A DNA stretch of 64,000 nucleotides from Octopus sinensis. Lineage: Eukaryota. A program made the position numbers and the translations under genes. Below, one piece after another: positions 48,240 through 63,008 of the stretch (position 1 is the first letter of the stretch; each line of letters starts with the position of its first letter). Where the stretch lies: assembly GCF_006345805.1 (NCBI RefSeq), contig NW_021833034.1, forward strand, positions 24,754 to 88,753. The letters are read 5' to 3'. Under the pieces are notes generated by a model, which worked only from the letters and a program-made list of their open reading frames with translations, searched no databases and had not been told where the DNA came from.

Positions 48240-51200
48240 TCTTTCTTTCTTTCTTTACCTTTTGTACTACGGTACGGATGGGCAGACAGAACAAAACTGT
48301 CACGTTGTCATCCGTGGATGAGCCATGCGACAAAACTGGTCGCTGTCCCAATATAGAGCGTTGCCCAACAAATCACATCTGTCATCTATGCACAGGACTC
48401 GAAAATTCCTTCCGAAATAGATGGGTTGAATGCAGTAAATGTCGTGTTTCGATCTGCTTTCAATGAGCCACAAACTTTCAAAAGATCCCAGCTGTTAAAA
48501 AAAGGACACCATACTTCTATGATGGATAAACTCTGGGAAATGGTCCAGCTACCAAACTGGTCATTTCAGTGCCTAACTTGTGTGTCCCCTGCCACCGTTG
48601 CTGCTGAACAGCAACAACAAAACCCGACAACCGTGTCTTCCTCTGCCATTGCTGCTGAACAGCAACTAAAACCGACTACTATGTCTCCTAATACCATTTC
48701 TGTTGATAAAGAACAACAGCAAAAACTAAAGCCGCCCGTGTCTTCCTCCCCTGTCACTCTTCAACAGCAGCAACAAAAATCGGCCATTCATGTTGAAGAA
48801 CAACAAAAACAGAAACTTGAACCCCTTATGTCTTCCTCCCCTATTGCTCTTCGACAACAAAAATTGATCATTCCAGCTGAAGTACATCAGCAGGAACAAA
48901 AACCAACCATGCCCTCCTCCCCTGATGCTTCCTAACTAAAACAGAGATTGACCATCAGCACAGAAGTTGCAGAAAATAGACAAATGATTTCTGCTTTGAG
49001 TCGTGAAGTAGCAGGACTCAGAACCAGTGTCTGTCCGAAAACTCGCAGCGAAGGGTCATATCGGAGTGCCCTGCTCAGCAACTTACCTGTAGCTCGTACA
49101 GAACCTCAACGCATCGAGGGAGTTGCTGAACCAGCCACTCATGAATTAATAGCCATTGGAGTGCCAGAAGATGTGGCAGATCTGCAGGCATTCATTGGAA
49201 TCACAGCTAGGGATCTCAGCTGTGTCCCTCCAAAAAGTGCTTCCCACCTTGGCCGACCGGGATCCAAACCCAGGCTGATCAGGCTGTTGTTTACGGGCTT
49301 TACTGAGGCGCGGACATTCCATCTGGCTGCTGACAGAGCTCGGCGTGACAACATTATCAACTTTAGAACACGTCCTGGCCTACCACCCGATGTACGCCCA
49401 AAGCTAAGATCTGTGGCTTCCCTAAATCGCAACTCTGTGCCACGGGAGAGTTTTAGCCTCCGCGATGATGGGCAGATCTGGAAATTTGTCAAGTCTGGTG
49501 AATCGTGGATAAGGGATGCCAGTTGGACTGAGCAGACTACACCCACAACAACAACTGGTAATACAAAAATCTCGGGAAACTAACCAAGAACAATCAGCCA
49601 TCCCCTGTATATCATCATCTGAAATTCAGATATAAACTGCTGTCCTTGAATGCCCGTAGTTTATGCAACAAGGTGCATCTTTTTGTCTCCTACGTCAAAA
49701 GTATCAACCCAGATTTCATCACAGTCACGGAAACATGGGCACACTCTGCACTCTGTGATGGAGTTTTCAGCATAGCCGGCTACAACCTGTTCCGCAAAGA
49801 TCGCATTCATCGCCGTGGAGGGGGTGTGATGATTTATGTTCGATCAAGTCTATCGGCAATCTCCTGTGATGATTTGAACCAATCTCAGCAGGAGGTATTT
49901 TTCTGCAATATACACATGACCATGTCAACACTTCTGCTCGGAGTTGTTTACCGTCCTCCAAATTATCATCAAGACGCACAGCTTTTCGATATCCTCAGAG
50001 CTGCTGCCATGAAAACAGCCACATATGTGTATATTGCGGGGGACTTCAATTTCCCTGAGATTGACTGGGAGGCCTTCCGTTGGCCGCAAAGTGCAGACGA
50101 TTTCCTTGAACTGGTGCTGAATTCAAATTGGTCCTAAGTTGTTACCTCCCCCACAAGGGGTAACAACACTTTGGATCTGCTACTTACCGCTTCTCCTGAA
50201 ACAATCATTAGTGTCACTACCGAAGAACCTTTAGGTGACTCTGATCATTCCATGATCATGGCCGACTTGTCTCTGATTGGTTGTAACAAAAATCACAACC
50301 ATCTTCAAACTGCCCGCTTTAACTGGAATAAAGCAGACTGGAGCTCTTATTGTACTGAGCTGCAACGACCAAACTGGCTCGAATTTTATGCCTCTGGAGA
50401 TGTGGACACTATACTCCAGAACACTAAACTGAATTCAATATGGGCAGCATGTGCAGCATCAGTACCACGCAAGCACAAAAAACCACCAAATAGTGCAATT
50501 TGGGAGACTGCAGCAGTCCGACTTGCCAGGAAAGAACGCCGTAATGCTGAACGGGAATACAAATTGCACAAATCAGAGAGCAACAGAAAAAAGCGCAATA
50601 GGTCAGCCAACCACCTCAAGCAGGTGACAAAAAAGGCAGTGCTTGAATTTGAACAACGCATTGCAGCTAACCTGACAGCAAAGTGTTCTGGAAGTATGTG
50701 CACTCAAAGCAGAGACCCCACTCTCCAGTTGGTCCCCTTCGCAATCCCCACACAGGACAGATTACTGGCAATCCCGAAGAATGTGCAGAAATCATTGCTG
50801 GATGCTATGCCGGCATCTTTACTGTCGAAGACCAAAATGTTCCATCATCATCACCACTGACATCGGACTCTATATCTACTATGCAATTTACACCAGCAAT
50901 GCTGCAACGCCACCTTAAGAATAAACGCAATATGCCTCTCCTGGTCTCGATGGTGTTACATACCTACTTCTCAAATGCGGTGGGTACTTTCTGCTAAGCC
51001 AAGTTTCTCTATTCTTCCAATTCTGTCAGGACAATGGTGTTACTCCAGAACAGTGGAAACCTGCCAGTGTCATCCCTCTGTTCAAAAAAGGCGACCGCAC
51101 ATCACCTGTCAACTATTGCCCCGTCAGTCTTACTAGCTGCATCGCCAAACTGATGGAATCCTGTATCAGAGAAACCCTCTGGAACTTCTGGAAGTCTCAC

Positions 51201-51870
51201 AGCCTCATCCAGCCGTCACAATTCGGATTTATTCCTAACTCCAGCTGCTGTAATCAACTCATCGAGTTTCTTGAGGATGTTACCCAAATCACTGATCGCG
51301 GATCCTGGGTGGATGTTGTTTACCTGGACTTTGCTAAGGCTTTTAACTCTGTGCCACACAAAAGACTTATGGTGAAGCTCTCTGCATTGGGCGTAAGAGA
51401 CAAACTCTATAACTGGTTGAAGTCCTTTATTTTCAGCCGAAAAGAGGTTGTCACAGTTCTAGGACAGCACTCTTCACCCTATGAGATGACATCTGGTGTA
51501 CCACAGGGATCTGTTCTTGGCCCCCTTTTATTTGTTGCATATGTTAATGACATAGATGCCAACTTAAAGAATGCCAAAGTGCTGAAATATGCAGATGACA
51601 TCAAGCTGTACCTCCAAATAAAGAGGTCAAATCCTGTACACTATAGATCTCTATTGCAAGCAGACCTGGACACAATGCAGCAGTGGATCATGGACTGGCA
51701 ACTCAAGCTGGCTGTGGACAAATGTACCACCATGCATTTTGGGAGGAGAAACCCAGCGTCCACCTACTCCCTCCACAACACTAGTCTAAAAAGTCTTCAT
51801 GTGAACGTGACCTGGGTGTTATTGTCGACAGTGATTTGCGTTGGACAAAACACATCGCTAAAATTGTCAG
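48240..51870 (+). mobile_element. CR1-clade LINE, ORF1 (Cys-rich PHD-like) + ORF2 (APE-RT), 3'-truncated
   Basis: CHLC..WVECSKC..FQCLTC in ORF1. ORF2 has LNARSL..ITVTETW, YRPP, GDFNFPEIDW, SDH, VVYLDFAKAFNSVPH, GVPQGSVLGPLLF and KYADDIKL. Confidence 0.85.
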
Positions 51871-54800
51871 CAACAACAACAACATCAAAATTATCACAAA
51901 GCTGTCCACCATGACCTCTACCAAAGACATTACTGCCAACAACAACACTACTACTGCAACTTCTACTGCTACAACTACAACCTCTGCTACCACCACCACC
52001 ACCACCACCATCAATGACAACAACAACAACAAAACAAATTTCGCTGAAGTTCTACAGCAAAAGAAAACAATTGTCACATTCACTGCCCAGCAAATTAATG
52101 AAGCAAAAGCACTTCTTAGTAAAGAAGGATCAAATTTATGTCTACGCATTCCTAAGAACATTATAGAACACACACAAAAAAGAACAATTATTTACAAAGT
52201 AATAAGCACAAAAACAAGAAGACCAGAAAATGCACCACAACAGACAATTGAAAAATGCCTTCGCCCTATATGGGCATGCAAAGAATATGTGAACTGGTGG
52301 CACAAATATGGTACAGTTCAAGTCCAATTTCAAACTGAAGATCTGCCCAAATGGTTCTCAACACTAACTCTCCACACAGATGAGTTAGTGATGATAACGA
52401 CATATCTCCACCAAAGAGTGACAAAAGTCACAATAAAATAATGTGCCTCCAGAAATAGATACACAATAGCAAATATCTGCCATCTGTTTTGAAATGGAGG
52501 AGAGCAACATACTGGAAATTGCTGTAATGGATGGGTAAGGCGATCGAAATCCTGCTACAAATCGATCAGGAATCTATCAACAAAATTCCAAATTCCACTG
52601 AACTAACAGACGACCACAAACTATATATAGTGGCAGAAGGCAGGAGGCGATGCTGTTATCTGTGTAACAGTGAAATGCATTTAAAAGTAAGTGTCCAACT
52701 GCCACAAAACAAGAACAACAATCACCACCACAACATGAAAAATTTGAAAAAAGGTCTACAACCCACACCACCATCAACACAAAAGATAAACAACAAAGGG
52801 AGTACAACAAAAGAAACACACCAACCAAACCCACCACCAATTGAGAAATCAACAGCACCAGGAAAAACATCACCAACAACAGCAAGAACTACAGAAACAG
52901 AAAAGCAAAGAGAAAATAGAAAACTGATTCCCCTTCCCCTATATCACATACACCACACACAAACAATCAACAACCAGCAGCAATGAAAACAATAACACAA
53001 CCACTTACACAAACATGCATAGATGCATACACAATATGCCCTTACTCTCTTCCAATTCCTCAGAAATTTTGTCAGAACACCAAAGCAGTGAGGAATGGCA
53101 AAGAGCCAGAAAAAGAAGGAGGAGGAGGAGCAAGAAAAGAACAAAACCAAACGCAAATAAAACTGGCAGGTATACAACTCCCGAAAACATTTTGAACACT
53201 AGCTCAAACACCACCAACACCACAAAAACATATGCAGCAACGATGCTCACAGCCATCAACATGAGAAATACAGAGTTGATGGAATACATTAATACAAAAG
53301 CAAACTTGACACACAAAGACATCAAAACAAGCAATCACCCAAACACAACATCACCAGAACACATTAAAATATTGCATATCACACCAACCCTGCACCACAG
53401 ACTAATTACTATTACTATTGTAATCTCCTTGAGGAAAAACCTAAGGAGGAGACACAAAAACTTTCGAATGGTAAGTAAGTCTCTATTCCTTTCATTTGTG
53501 TTTTAAAACACACACACACACTTCATTAGTATTATGATCAAGATTGGTTGTGTAAATGCTTGAGATTCCCTTGGAAACAAGGGTACCTCTTAAATGACAT
53601 AAAGTCTCATGATTTAGATATCATAGCCACAAGTGAGACCAGACTCCATAATCACGGGCCCTAAAGTCCATATTTAGCGGACAGTTAAACATTTATTTTT
53701 CTCCCTCTCTACCTAGAATAGGCAGTAGTGGCATGATGGTACTTTTGCGCAAGAGTCTGGATCTCGAAATAAATACAATATTTGTAGAGCTGGAGGGTAG
53801 ACTGGTTGTCCTGGATGTTGGCAGCATCAGTGGGTGTGCTTTTCAACTCATATCAGTCTATGAAGTGCCTTTAACAGGTCAGCTGGATTTCTTTTGACGT
53901 CAAGAAGTATTTCTAGGAACATCTCATCCTTTACTTTTAGTGCACGATTAGAATGCTACCTTGGACATGCATCTAGACTATGTAGGGACTGATAGGAATA
54001 GATGGGGATGCAAAAGCCTGAGTGACCTGCTCAGACACTTCCGACTATTGGACAGGTACTGACTCGACCACCTGAATGCACCAATGTGAACATGGAGCAA
54101 CCGCATTGAGTCGTCCAGATTGTATCTAGATAGAATACTGTGTAGGACAGTCGATAGAGATAGTGTAGGGTGTCCACAACTCCACATAGTCAGCTACACA
54201 GATCACAAACTTGTGACGTGCACACTAGACTCAGATAAGGCACATAGGCAGGGTCCTGGTTACTGGAAACTGAATGCGTCTTTCCTGTCAAGACAGGTTT
54301 ATAGAGACTGGATTAGCATGCTAATGAAGAGGGCTTTGATGGGAGCCATCATCAACAACAAATGATGGTTTGTCCTCAAGAGATCAATAAAAGCCAAATC
54401 AATTAGGTATAGCAAAGCGCTAGTGATAGATAGAAACAAAATAGAGGGTGACCTAGTTAAGAAACTAGAAGAGGTGATTAGAAGTGATTAGCTCTGACAA
54501 ATTGCCAAACACGAAGGATGCAGACTAGGATGCATGCTCTAAGAAACAAAGGTGTTGGAGCCACGTGAGAGGCCCAGATCGTGGAGGCGCAACAGGCTAA
54601 CAAAGCCATCATTTGATCTCTGATGGATGAACAAGGGCATGAATTATTCGAGGCTAGTAAAATGTGTGAGGCCTTTCAGCAGCACCTTGCTCGTCTGTTT
54701 GAGACAAGTAGCGAGCTAGAACACAGAGTGAACTTCAGTTCCTACCTGTACAGCTTGCCAGGGCCCTCAGCAAGAGAGGCAGAATGTTGTGAAGGTGCCA

Positions 54801-57460
54801 TCACAGCAGCAGATGTGTGGGATATGATGGCAGAGTGCTTGAGGGACAAATTGCTGAGTTTGGATGGTCTGCCCTATGAGCTTTACAGTTGTATGCCAGA
54901 CTTGTTTGGAGGCATATTGGGAGCATCCCCAGTTTTGTGAGCCAAGCAGCCATAACACTGCTAAAGAAAGACCCAAACAAGGGGGACGTAATAGATAACT
55001 TTAGGCTCATCACTCTGCTTAATGCAGATTTGAAGATTTTGGCCAAGGTGCTAACCAAGAGGTAGGTACTTGTCATTGAGAAACTGGTTGACAAGACGCA
55101 AACATGCACCATGCCGGACCAGAGCACCCATGACAACCTCCACCTCATGCGCTACATAGACAGGTTAGTTAAAGAACCTGGCATGGGTGGGGCACCAATC
55201 TCAAATCATTCCAATACCCAAAAAAGGCGATTTATCCCTCATCACCAACTACAGGGGTATATCTCTAATGTCAATTGCTGCAAAACTGTACAACAAACTG
55301 ATCCTAAATCGTCTTGTCCTTTTTGTTGAACCTTTGCTCCGAAAGAACCAAAATGGATTCAGACATGGGCGCTCAACGCTGAGCCAGATACTATGCCTAC
55401 GCAGACTTATTGAAGAATCAAAAGCATTTAATCGCGATCTTGCAATGGTATTTGTAGACTTTTCTAAAGCGTTCAATTCTGTAGATAGGTACAAGATGTT
55501 TGAAATCCTTAAGCTCTATGGGATACCAGACAAAATCATTTCTGCCATCAAGGTCCTCTACACAGATACGTCTTCAACCATCTTAACCCCTGACGGAGAA
55601 ACATCATCTTTCTCAATCAAAGCCGGAATACTGCAGGGAGACACACTCGCCCCATTTCTTTTCATCATTGTTGTTGATTATGTGCTACGTATGTCAGTTG
55701 ATACCATCTCTGGCAAGGGCTTTGAAATAAAACCAAGAAGAAGTTCCAGACACCCAGCTGAGTACTTGACAGACACTGACTTTGCTGACGACATCGCTCT
55801 TATCAGTGATTCTCTCTCCAATGACCAGTCTCTTTTACAATCTCTCGAACAAGCCTCAAATTGTGTAGGTCTTTACCTCAATGAGGCCAAAACTGAATAT
55901 ATAAACAAGTGCCTGTCCAACAGTGATTGCATCATCCACACTCTCAACAATGCACCCTTAAATATGGTTTCTGATTACAAATATCTTGGGTCATACATAT
56001 CATCATCTGGAAAATATTTTCTAACTAGAAAGGGTATGGCCTGGTCAGCCTGTAATGACATGCATAAGATCTGGTCATCAAATCTAAGTAGAGACTTCAA
56101 ACTTGAAATATTCAAAGCCACAGTCGAACCAATTCTACTATATGGCTCAGAAACCTGGACGTTATCAAAGAAGCTTGAGAGGCGGTTGGATGGAACCTAC
56201 ACTCGCCTCCTTATGAGAGCTCAAAATCTCTCGTGGAAGTGCCATCCAACCAAAATGCAAATATATGAGAAACTACCACCTGTATCATCTCTTGTGAAAG
56301 GTAGGAGAGTCCAGTTTGCTGGACATTGTTGTAGAGCTGAAAAAGAAGTAATTTCTACTCTTCTCCTCTGGAAGCCATCTACTCGCAATACCAGAGGGCG
56401 CACACTCTCCTACCCTGATGTAATCTCCAGGGATACAGGCATCCAGCAACAGGACCTCCATAATGCTATGATGGACCGTGAAGTCTGGCGTAACATAGTA
56501 AATTCCATTGTCTCGACCACGGTCGAACAATGATAATGATGATGGGTGGGGCACTGATCAATTTAGATCACTCCAAGGCTTTCAATAGGGTAGACCATCG
56601 ATACTTGGAGGCTGTCCTCATAGTGGCTGGTTTCGGTCCCGTCTTCTGCAAATGGATCACTGCCTTATACAAAGGCATCCATTCACTAATTTGTATGAAT
56701 GGGCATCTATCAAGACCATTCAACACTGCATGTTCAGTCCATCAGAGATGCCTTCTCTCTTCGCTTCTGTACGTATTGACCCCCGAGCCACAACTGCAGA
56801 AACTGGTGATACTGAGGGGCATCCCAAGAGAATTGGGATGCAGGATGAGCATGTACACATACACGGATGATGTCACCATCATAGTGTCTAGCCATGACCA
56901 CATCGAGCTGGTTGGCGAGACACTGAAAGACTACAAATGGTAACAGGAGTGAAGATTAACCGGGAAAATTCAGTGGGCTTGCAGCTTGGCACCTGATGAA
57001 GCAAGCCCATGCTGTCATGGGATGCTGTACTGACAGTCCAGTCAAATTGCTCAGGGTCTGGTTGGTCCAGACCTCCAAACAGAGAACTGGGACGAGATAA
57101 CAAGTAAGGTGGTCACTCTCACCTAGCAATGGGCCGAGAGGAAGCTGTCCCTAGAAGGTTGGGTGGAGGTGGCGAACACGTACATCGCGTCCGTCATCTA
57201 CTACCCCTGACCATCGTGCCTTGTCCCGACCCTACCATCACCAAACTAGAATGAATCGTTAATGATGCACAGTCTCGTGCTGAGACTGCGACATCTCCAG
57301 CTCTATGTAGATGATAGTGAATAGGCGTGGTCACCATTTGTGAAGCGCACTTTCCCACACCTCATCTCCATGACCGAACTGCAACCATGGATAAAGAAGA
57401 GACTGAGGAAGGGCAAATGGCACCGTGAGTGTTGTGTTGCTCCCAAGCAACTCTGTCAGT
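51870..57460 (+). mobile_element. Tx1/L1-clade LINE, near full length, decayed
   Basis: ORF1 with a CYLCNSEMH knuckle; ORF2 with APE (SYTDHKLV, GPGYWKLN) and RT (LINLDHSKAFNRVDH, YTDDVT). Split by the RTE insertion at 55196-56541. Confidence 0.8.
55196..56541 (+). mobile_element. Young 5'-truncated RTE-type LINE with uninterrupted RT frame
   Basis: 448-aa open frame (NYRGISL, QNGFRHGRST, FVDFSKAF, GILQGDTLAP, DFADDIAL, YKYLG, LLYGSETW). TSD atgggtggggcac at 55183-55195 and 56542-56554; TGA/ATG-type tail. Confidence 0.9.
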
Positions 57461-60400
57461 CTGTCTATCTATCTATCTTTCTTTATCTATCTATCTATTA
57501 CTGTTTCTATCTCAAGCTCTCTCCAATACACAACTAAACTTGACACTTACAGGCACTGTCCAACTTGGATTCCTTCATTGACTCATTTCAGTAATACAGT
57601 TCAATTCTTTTATCTTTTTCTTGTTTCAGTCATTAGACTACAGCCTTGCTGAAGCAATACCTTGAAGAATTTTTACATGAACTAATTGATCTTTTAAGAC
57701 AGATGCTTGTTTTAACATGTCATTTGCCAGACAGCAAAGTTATGGGGACTTAAACAAACCAACATGGGTTCTTGAGTGGTGTATTCTGGGACTGACACAG
57801 CCACAAAGACACACATACACACTTGTGTATATGTATGATGATGATTATCATGATCATGATGATCATCATTGTTTAAACGTCCACTTTCCTGCTGGCATGG
57901 TTTGACTGAGGGCTGGAGAGCCAGAAGGCTGCACCAGGCTCCAATCTGACCTGGCAATGTTTCTACAGCTGGATGCGCTTCCTAACGCCAACCACTCCGA
58001 GAGTGATATGTGGATGCATTTTACGTGCCACAGGCACAGAAGCTGGTCAAGCGGTCCTGGCATCCATCACGTTCAGATAGTGCTTTTTATGTGCTACTGG
58101 CACAGGAGCCAGTCAGAAGGTACTGGTATCAGTCACATTGGGGTGATGCATTTTATGTGCCACTGGAATGGAAACCAGTCATGGGGCACTGGCCACAGCT
58201 GTGATTTTTGGTTTTACCTGACTCAACAGGCCTTCTCTAGGACATCATATTGTGTGATGCATCAGGTGTACTCTCAACAGGGTCAGACATGCAACACTGG
58301 CATCGGCCATGGATACGATTTCACTTTAGTTGCCAGGTCTTCTCAGTTGCACAACATATCTCCAAAGGTCACTTGCCATTGCCTCAGTGAGGCCCAATGT
58401 TCAAAGTTCATGCTTCACCACCTCATCTCATGTCTTCCTGGGTCTACCTCTTCCATAGCTTCCGTCTACAAGTAGGGAGTGGCACTTCCTCACACAGCTG
58501 TCCTCATCCATACTTAACCCATGACCATACCAGCGCAGTCATCTCTCTTGCTCACCACATTTGATGCTTCTTCTGCACAACTTTTCTCTCAGGGCGCTTA
58601 CACTCTGTTGTGTATGCACACTGACATTACACATCCAGTGGAGCATACTAGCTTCATTTCTTTCAAGCCTACGCATATCCTCAGCAGTCATGGCCCATGT
58701 TTTACTGCCGTGTAACATGGCAGTTTGCATCATACAGTCTACCTTTCATCCTGAGCGAGAGGCCTTTAGTTGCCAGGAGGGGTAGGATCTCCCTGAACTT
58801 TGCCCAGGCTATTCTTATTCTAGTGGTAACACTCTCTGAGCATCCACCCCAACTACTACCTTGCCCACCTAGGTAGCAGAAGCTAACAACTACTTCTAGT
58901 TTTTTCCCTTGTCATGTGATAGAATATGTTTTCTGTATATCTTCAGTGCTTATTGCCCCTGTGCATTGGCCACACACAAAAACTATTTTCCTGGTTACCT
59001 TCCTTTGATTTTGCTAAACCTTTTATGTGTCCATAGCTTACACTGGGTGCATTGTAAGGAGCTTCTACCCATGCCTTTTCTACCTCTACGCTGGTTCAAA
59101 TGGCCTTTACAAACTCTTTACATGAACACCACCCTGTACATAACTCGATGTCCCCCTACATGGCCTTGCTTTTTGATTTTTGAGCCAAAAAACTAACCAA
59201 CTAACTAACTAACTAACTACAGATCAAGCAGGATCATCTACCTGAAGGGGTTTGTGATTTGTCAACTTTCCTATTTACTAAGACTTTCGTTTTTGCTAGG
59301 TTAACCCTAATCCCCTTTGATTCTAGACCTTGCTTTCACACCTTAAATTTCGTCTCCTGTTCTGACAGTGACTCAGCTATTAGAGCAAGATCATCAGCAT
59401 AGAAGACCTCCCAAGGGCAGCCTGTCTTGAATCTCTCTGTTATTGCCTGGAGGACTATAATGAACAAGACCGGCTGATGACTGATCCCTGGTGAACCACT
59501 TCTAACCAGAATTCTTCACTATACTCGTTGCCAACCCCCACCTTACTAACAGCATCCCTGTGCAGGGTTTGTACAGCTCTTAACAACCACTCCTACCAAT
59601 CCCCAGTCTCCATGTTGACCACCAGAGAAGGGATCAGGGGACCCTGTCAAGGGCTTTTTTCGTGTCAATGAAAGCCAAGTATAGAAGTTTATCTTTGGCT
59701 AGATATTTCTCCTGCAGCTGTCTTACCAGAAATATAGCATCAGTGGTGCTTCTGCCTGGCACAAAACCAAACTGCATCTTATCTAGGCTAACTCTCTCCC
59801 TAATTAGTTGGACTATGACCCTCTCTGTAACTGTCATCACCTGATCCAATAATTTGATACCTCTGTAGTTATTTCTATCTAAAGCATCACCTTTCGCCCT
59901 TGTGACAGTTTGAATATGGTGCTGCAACACCAGTCATTGGGTATGACTCCTTCATGAACTACATGATGGTGGGTGACAAGACCCTAATCCACACCACCCG
60001 ATATTTTAAGCATCCCTGCAGTGTCTTCATATCCTTAATTGCTTTATCTACAGGGTCCCTCAATTGGGTCAATCTTTGGAAGATTCTCCTCCTCCCAATT
60101 CATTCTCCACATTCAGCAGTCTTTCATAATGCCATCTCCAAGCCTCTTTCTTTGCAGAATCATTAAACACAAGGGCACCATCTTCCATGCAAACACATTT
60201 CTCTCCTATAGCATCACAGTTTTCTCTCACACACTGTGGAAACTAGGGATAGATGAATGGTTAGTGAAAGCTGTGCAAGCCATGTAAAAGGATGCTGTCA
60301 GTAAGGTGAGGGTTGACAATGAGTACAGTGATGAATTCTGGATAGGGGTAGGGATCCACCAAGGATCAGTGCTCAGCCCCCTCCTATTCACCACAGTCCC

Positions 60401-61973
60401 CAGGCAATAACAGAGGAATTCAGGAGAGGATATCCCAGGGGAGCTCCTCTATGCTGATGACCTTGCTCTAATTGCTGAGTCACTATCAGAACTAGAGGAG
60501 AAATTTCGGGTGTGGAAGCAAAGATTAGAATCGAAGGGCCTTAGAGTCAACCTAGTTAAAACCAAAGTCCTAGTAAGTAGGAAGTCAGACAAATCGCAAA
60601 TTCCTTCAGGTAGATAGCCCTACTCGATCTGTAGAAAAGGTGTAGGTAGAAACTCCGTAAGATGTACCCAGTGTAAGCTATGGATGCATAAGAGGTGCAG
60701 CAATATCAAAGGAAGGCTAACTGGAAAGATAGTTTTTGTATGTGGCAGATGCTCAGGAGCAATAACACAGAAAATGTGCAGAGAACAGCTTCTGCCACAT
60801 TCCTAGGGAGAAAAACTAGAAGTAGTTGATAGCTTCTCTTACCTAGGTGACCAAGTCAGTGGCAGGGGTTGATATTCTAAGAGTGTAGCTGCTAGAATAA
60901 GAATAGCCTGGGCAAAGTTCAGAGAGCTCTTACCTCTGCTGGTGACCAAAGGCCTCTCGCTCAGAGTAAAAAGTAGACTGTATGACATATGTGTGCAATA
61001 AGCAATGCTACATGGCAGTGAAACATGGGCCATGACTGCTGAGGACATGCGTAATCTTGCAAGGAATGAAACCAGTATGCTCCGCTGGATGTGCAATGTC
61101 AGTGTGCATGCACAACAGAGTGTAAGCACCCCGAGAGAAAAGTTGGACTTAAGAAGCATCAGATGTGATGTGCAAGAGAGATGACAGCACTGTATGGCCA
61201 TGTGTTGTGTATGGATGAGGACAGCTGTACAGCTGTGTGAAAAAGTGTCACACCCTAGCAGCAGAGAGAACCTAGCAGTAGGGGGAAGACCTGGGATGAG
61301 GTGATGAAGCACGACCTTCGAACATTGGGTTATACCGAGGCAATGATAAGTGACCGAGACCTTTGGAGATATGCTGTGCTTGAGAAGACTCAGCAAGCCA
61401 AGTGAGACTGTAACCATGACATATGCCAGTGTAGCTTAACCAGCCCGTTTAAGAGTACCCTTCAATCATTGGCCAATAACTGCACTTGCAAAGACCTGTT
61501 GAGACAAGTGAAGTCATTGTCACAGCCAATAACAGTACTTCTTGATTGGCTCCTCTGCCAGTGGTACATTAAAAGCACCGTTCAAGTGTGATCTTTGCCA
61601 GTGCCACCTGACTGGTTCCTCTGCCAGTGACATGTAAAAAGTATCATTTGAGCATGGTCGATGCCAGTGCCAGCTGACTGGTCCTGTCCTGATGGCATGT
61701 AAAAAAACCAGTCGAGTGTGATCATTGCCAGTACCACCTGACTGGCCCTTGTGCTGGTGGCATTTGAAAATCACCCACTACACTCTCAGAGTGTTTGGCG
61801 TTAGGAAGGGCATCCAGCTCTAGTAAGTTTGCCAGATTGGATTGAAGCCTGGTGCAGCCTTCTGGCTTGCCAGCCCTCAATCAAACCGTCCAACCCATGC
61901 CAGTTTGGAAAGCGGATGTTAAATGATGATGATGTTGAACATAAAACAACAAACAACAAATACATCAACCAAC

Positions 61974-62200
61974 CTTTGCTATTTCTGTGTCTTGAGGATA
62001 AACCACAAAGTTTACAACTTTGATCTGGCTTGAATTTAGATCTGAGTAGTTTTTCACTGCTTCATACATTGTTCTGGGTAGGTTTTCAATGGGGTACTTC
62101 AATGTTCCAGCCCCTAATATAGGAAATGCAAGGCTTTTTGCACCCATTCTCTCAGCCTTTTCCAGACAAGTGGTTATTATTTGAGTCAAGTTTGCCAGAT
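61974..62200 (-). CDS. PARP14: Macro-PARP exon C' (module 2); 1 nt shorter than exon C as assembled
   Basis: Near-identical to exon C (AERMGA vs AEGLGA), but begins ATCTGG instead of ATTCTGG, giving 227 nt and an apparent frameshift. Confidence 0.75.
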
Positions 62201-62780
62201 CTAAAAAAATAAGTGTTTAGCAATTGATAATGAACATTTTATTAAATTATTTTCTTATTACAGGAAGAAACCATTTAGTTGTAATAAATATATTCTCCTC
62301 TCACAACTGTCATTCCTATCACTCTTTAGTCCTGCAAGGGACAAGGCAACCTCACTCATGTTGCTGCTACAATAAAACAGACCCAATCCACCGTGTAAAA
62401 TGGTTGTTGAATGAAGAGAGACAATGCAGACCCAAGCGGAGTCTTTAGTGTTGCGGAAGACATGACAACCTCTCTAGTGCTCGTGCCATGACAGAGAAAA
62501 ACTCACCAATACAGAGAGTAAAACAGAGAAATATGTTTTAATATAGTCTTATTTATCAGTCACATAACTGTTGTTAGGCCATGAGGCTTTTTCCTTTCTA
62601 TTTATATATAAAAGTGTCCTGTTCATCGATATCTTCTGCTTCCTTCCAATGATAACTTGGAAGAACAAATATAAAAAACAGGATGCTGACATTTGCTTTA
62701 TGATTCTCACACAACATGCATAAGGTTCTCTTCAAACATTAACTGTTTCAATAAATCAATATCATATTATTGATACTTAC

Positions 62781-63008
62781 TGAATCAGGGGAATTTTCAT
62801 CCCAGGGAGGTAATGCCAGATGAAATACATTCTTACAGTTGAGGTTATATCCTTTAGTGATGGCTATTTTAGATGTAGAAATACCTTGAGGATATCTCTG
62901 GTTACATTCGTTTTGTATCTCAGGACCAGCAGCAAGGAGAATAAATTTGGAGATAGAACCATTGCTAAGCTCAAGGTTTTTATTGGTGCTGTTAACGATG
63001 ACATCAAG
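62781..63008 (-). CDS. PARP14: Macro-PARP exon B' (module 2)
   Basis: 228 nt, same splice sites as exon B, three substitutions (N>S, V>I, V>A). Confidence 0.88.
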
